A stretch of DNA of 64,000 nucleotides. It comes from Myxococcota bacterium (lineage in GTDB: Bacteria; Myxococcota_A; Polyangia; Polyangiales; JANWZI01). The first letter of the stretch is position 1. Every line of letters starts with the position of its first letter. Made by a program: the position numbers and the translations under genes. Below the pieces are notes generated by a model, which saw nothing but the letters and a program-made list of their open reading frames with translations, was not told the origin of the DNA and did not search any database. Of the stretch, positions 63,290 through 64,000 are shown piece after piece. The DNA is taken from positions 2,945 through 66,944 of the forward strand of contig JANWZI010000009.1 in NCBI GenBank assembly GCA_025054695.1, in the 5' to 3' direction.

Positions 63290-63406
63290 CGGCTCGAAGT
63301 CGAGCTCGGCCTCGGTCTCGGACTCGGGCTCGGTCTCGGGATCGGTCTCGGGATCGGACTCGCTCTCGGGCTCGGACTCGGTCTTGGACTCGGGATCGGG
63401 ATCGGT
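63290..63406 (-). repeat. Degenerate hexamer array R15 (about 19 units)
   Basis: ctcggt/ctcgga/atcggg run upstream of the four-helix-bundle gene. Confidence 0.9.
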
Positions 63407-63467
63407 GACTGCGCCCGCTCGCGTGTCGCCGCGCCTCGTCGCCTCGGGGGGTGTGCAGCCAGTAGGC

Positions 63468-63513
63468 GCGAAAGAACACGTGCCAGCACACGACGCTGTC
63501 ACGGTTCTTTCGC
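63468..63513 (+). other. 18-bp bulged hairpin directly before the RBS of the four-helix-bundle gene
   Basis: GCGAAAGAAC-a-CGTG-c-CAGC-[ACACGAC]-GCTG-t-CACG-GTTCTTTCGC. Confidence 0.75.
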
Positions 63514-63525
63514 TCGGAGGCGGGC

Positions 63526-63858
63526 ATGCACACCCCCCTTCGGCTCGAGGCGCTGGACCTGTTGCTCGACACGATCACGCGCATGCGCCCGCTCGTCGAA
63601 TCGATCGAATCGGTCGACCGAGACCTCGCACGACAAATCCGGCGCGCGGCGAGCAGCGCGGCGCTCAACCTGGCCGAGGCTGACGGCAGTGACCGGGGCA
63701 ATCGTCGCGCGAGGCTGCACACGGCGCTCGGGTCCCTTCGCGAGGCGCGGGTGGGGCTGCGCGTGGCGGTAGCATGGGGCTACGTCGACGACGTCGCGGA
63801 AGCGGAGCGCGCGCTGGACCGCGTTGCGGCGATGACGTGGGGTCTGCTGCGGCGGTGA
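63526..63858 (+). CDS. Four-helix-bundle protein (23S rRNA IVP / Avd-like superfamily)
   Basis: DLARQIRRAASSAALNLAEADG..RARLHTALGSLRE..AVAWGYV; RBS GGAGG at 63516-63520. Confidence 0.9.
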   Translation: MHTPLRLEALDLLLDTITRMRPLVESIESVDRDLARQIRRAASSAALNLAEADGSDRGNRRARLHTALGSLREARVGLRVAVAWGYVDDVAEAERALDRVAAMTWGLLRR

Positions 63859-63860
63859 GG

Positions 63861-63973
63861 CGGACTCGGACTCGGACTCGGTCCCGGACTCGGACTCGGA
63901 CTCGGACTCGGGGTCGGGGTCGGGCTCGGACTCGGACTCTGCCTCGGTCTCCGACTTGGTCTCGGTCTCGGTC
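63861..63973 (-). repeat. Degenerate hexamer array R16 (about 19 units)
   Basis: cggact/cggggt/cggtct run starting 2 nt after the four-helix-bundle stop. Confidence 0.92.
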
Positions 63974-64000
63974 ATTCCTCCTGGCACTCTGCTCTTGACG

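Noticed and set aside
63526-63858. Diversity-generating retroelement or 23S rRNA intervening sequence
   Set aside because: No reverse transcriptase, TR/VR pair or rRNA gene in the window; sequence beyond 64000 is not visible

Overview
Very GC-rich bacterial chromosome segment, most consistent with a myxobacterium (Myxococcota, Polyangiales-like). This is inferred from the mevalonate operon, Cys-rich lipoproteins, a MYXO-CTERM-like tail and a Ser/Thr kinase. Most of it is housekeeping or envelope genes: mevalonate cluster, GldA/F/G-type ABC system, suhB, rel, rimO, ferredoxin, nspC with its dehydrogenase, rpsB-tsf-pyrH-frr, three tRNAs, slt, eno, guaA and an aminotransferase. The main unexplained structure is a family of 16 intergenic arrays of a degenerate hexamer (GAG[T/A/C]CC)n, about 1.8 kb in total. 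They occur in both orientations and tightly bracket accessory genes, notably a four-helix-bundle (IVP/Avd-like) gene with a bulged hairpin leader and an AAA/DUF4143 ATPase with a 23-bp-period upstream array. Other notable items: a possible IF2_N-like/RelE-like/SF1-helicase/TPR fusion, an in-frame TGA at a conserved Cys of a repeat lipoprotein, an apparently circularly permuted esterase, a degenerate glycogen synthase homolog, and three tRNA genes that all end in CCG. No CRISPR array, integrase or transposase was seen. All calls come from motif recognition by eye; no searches were run.
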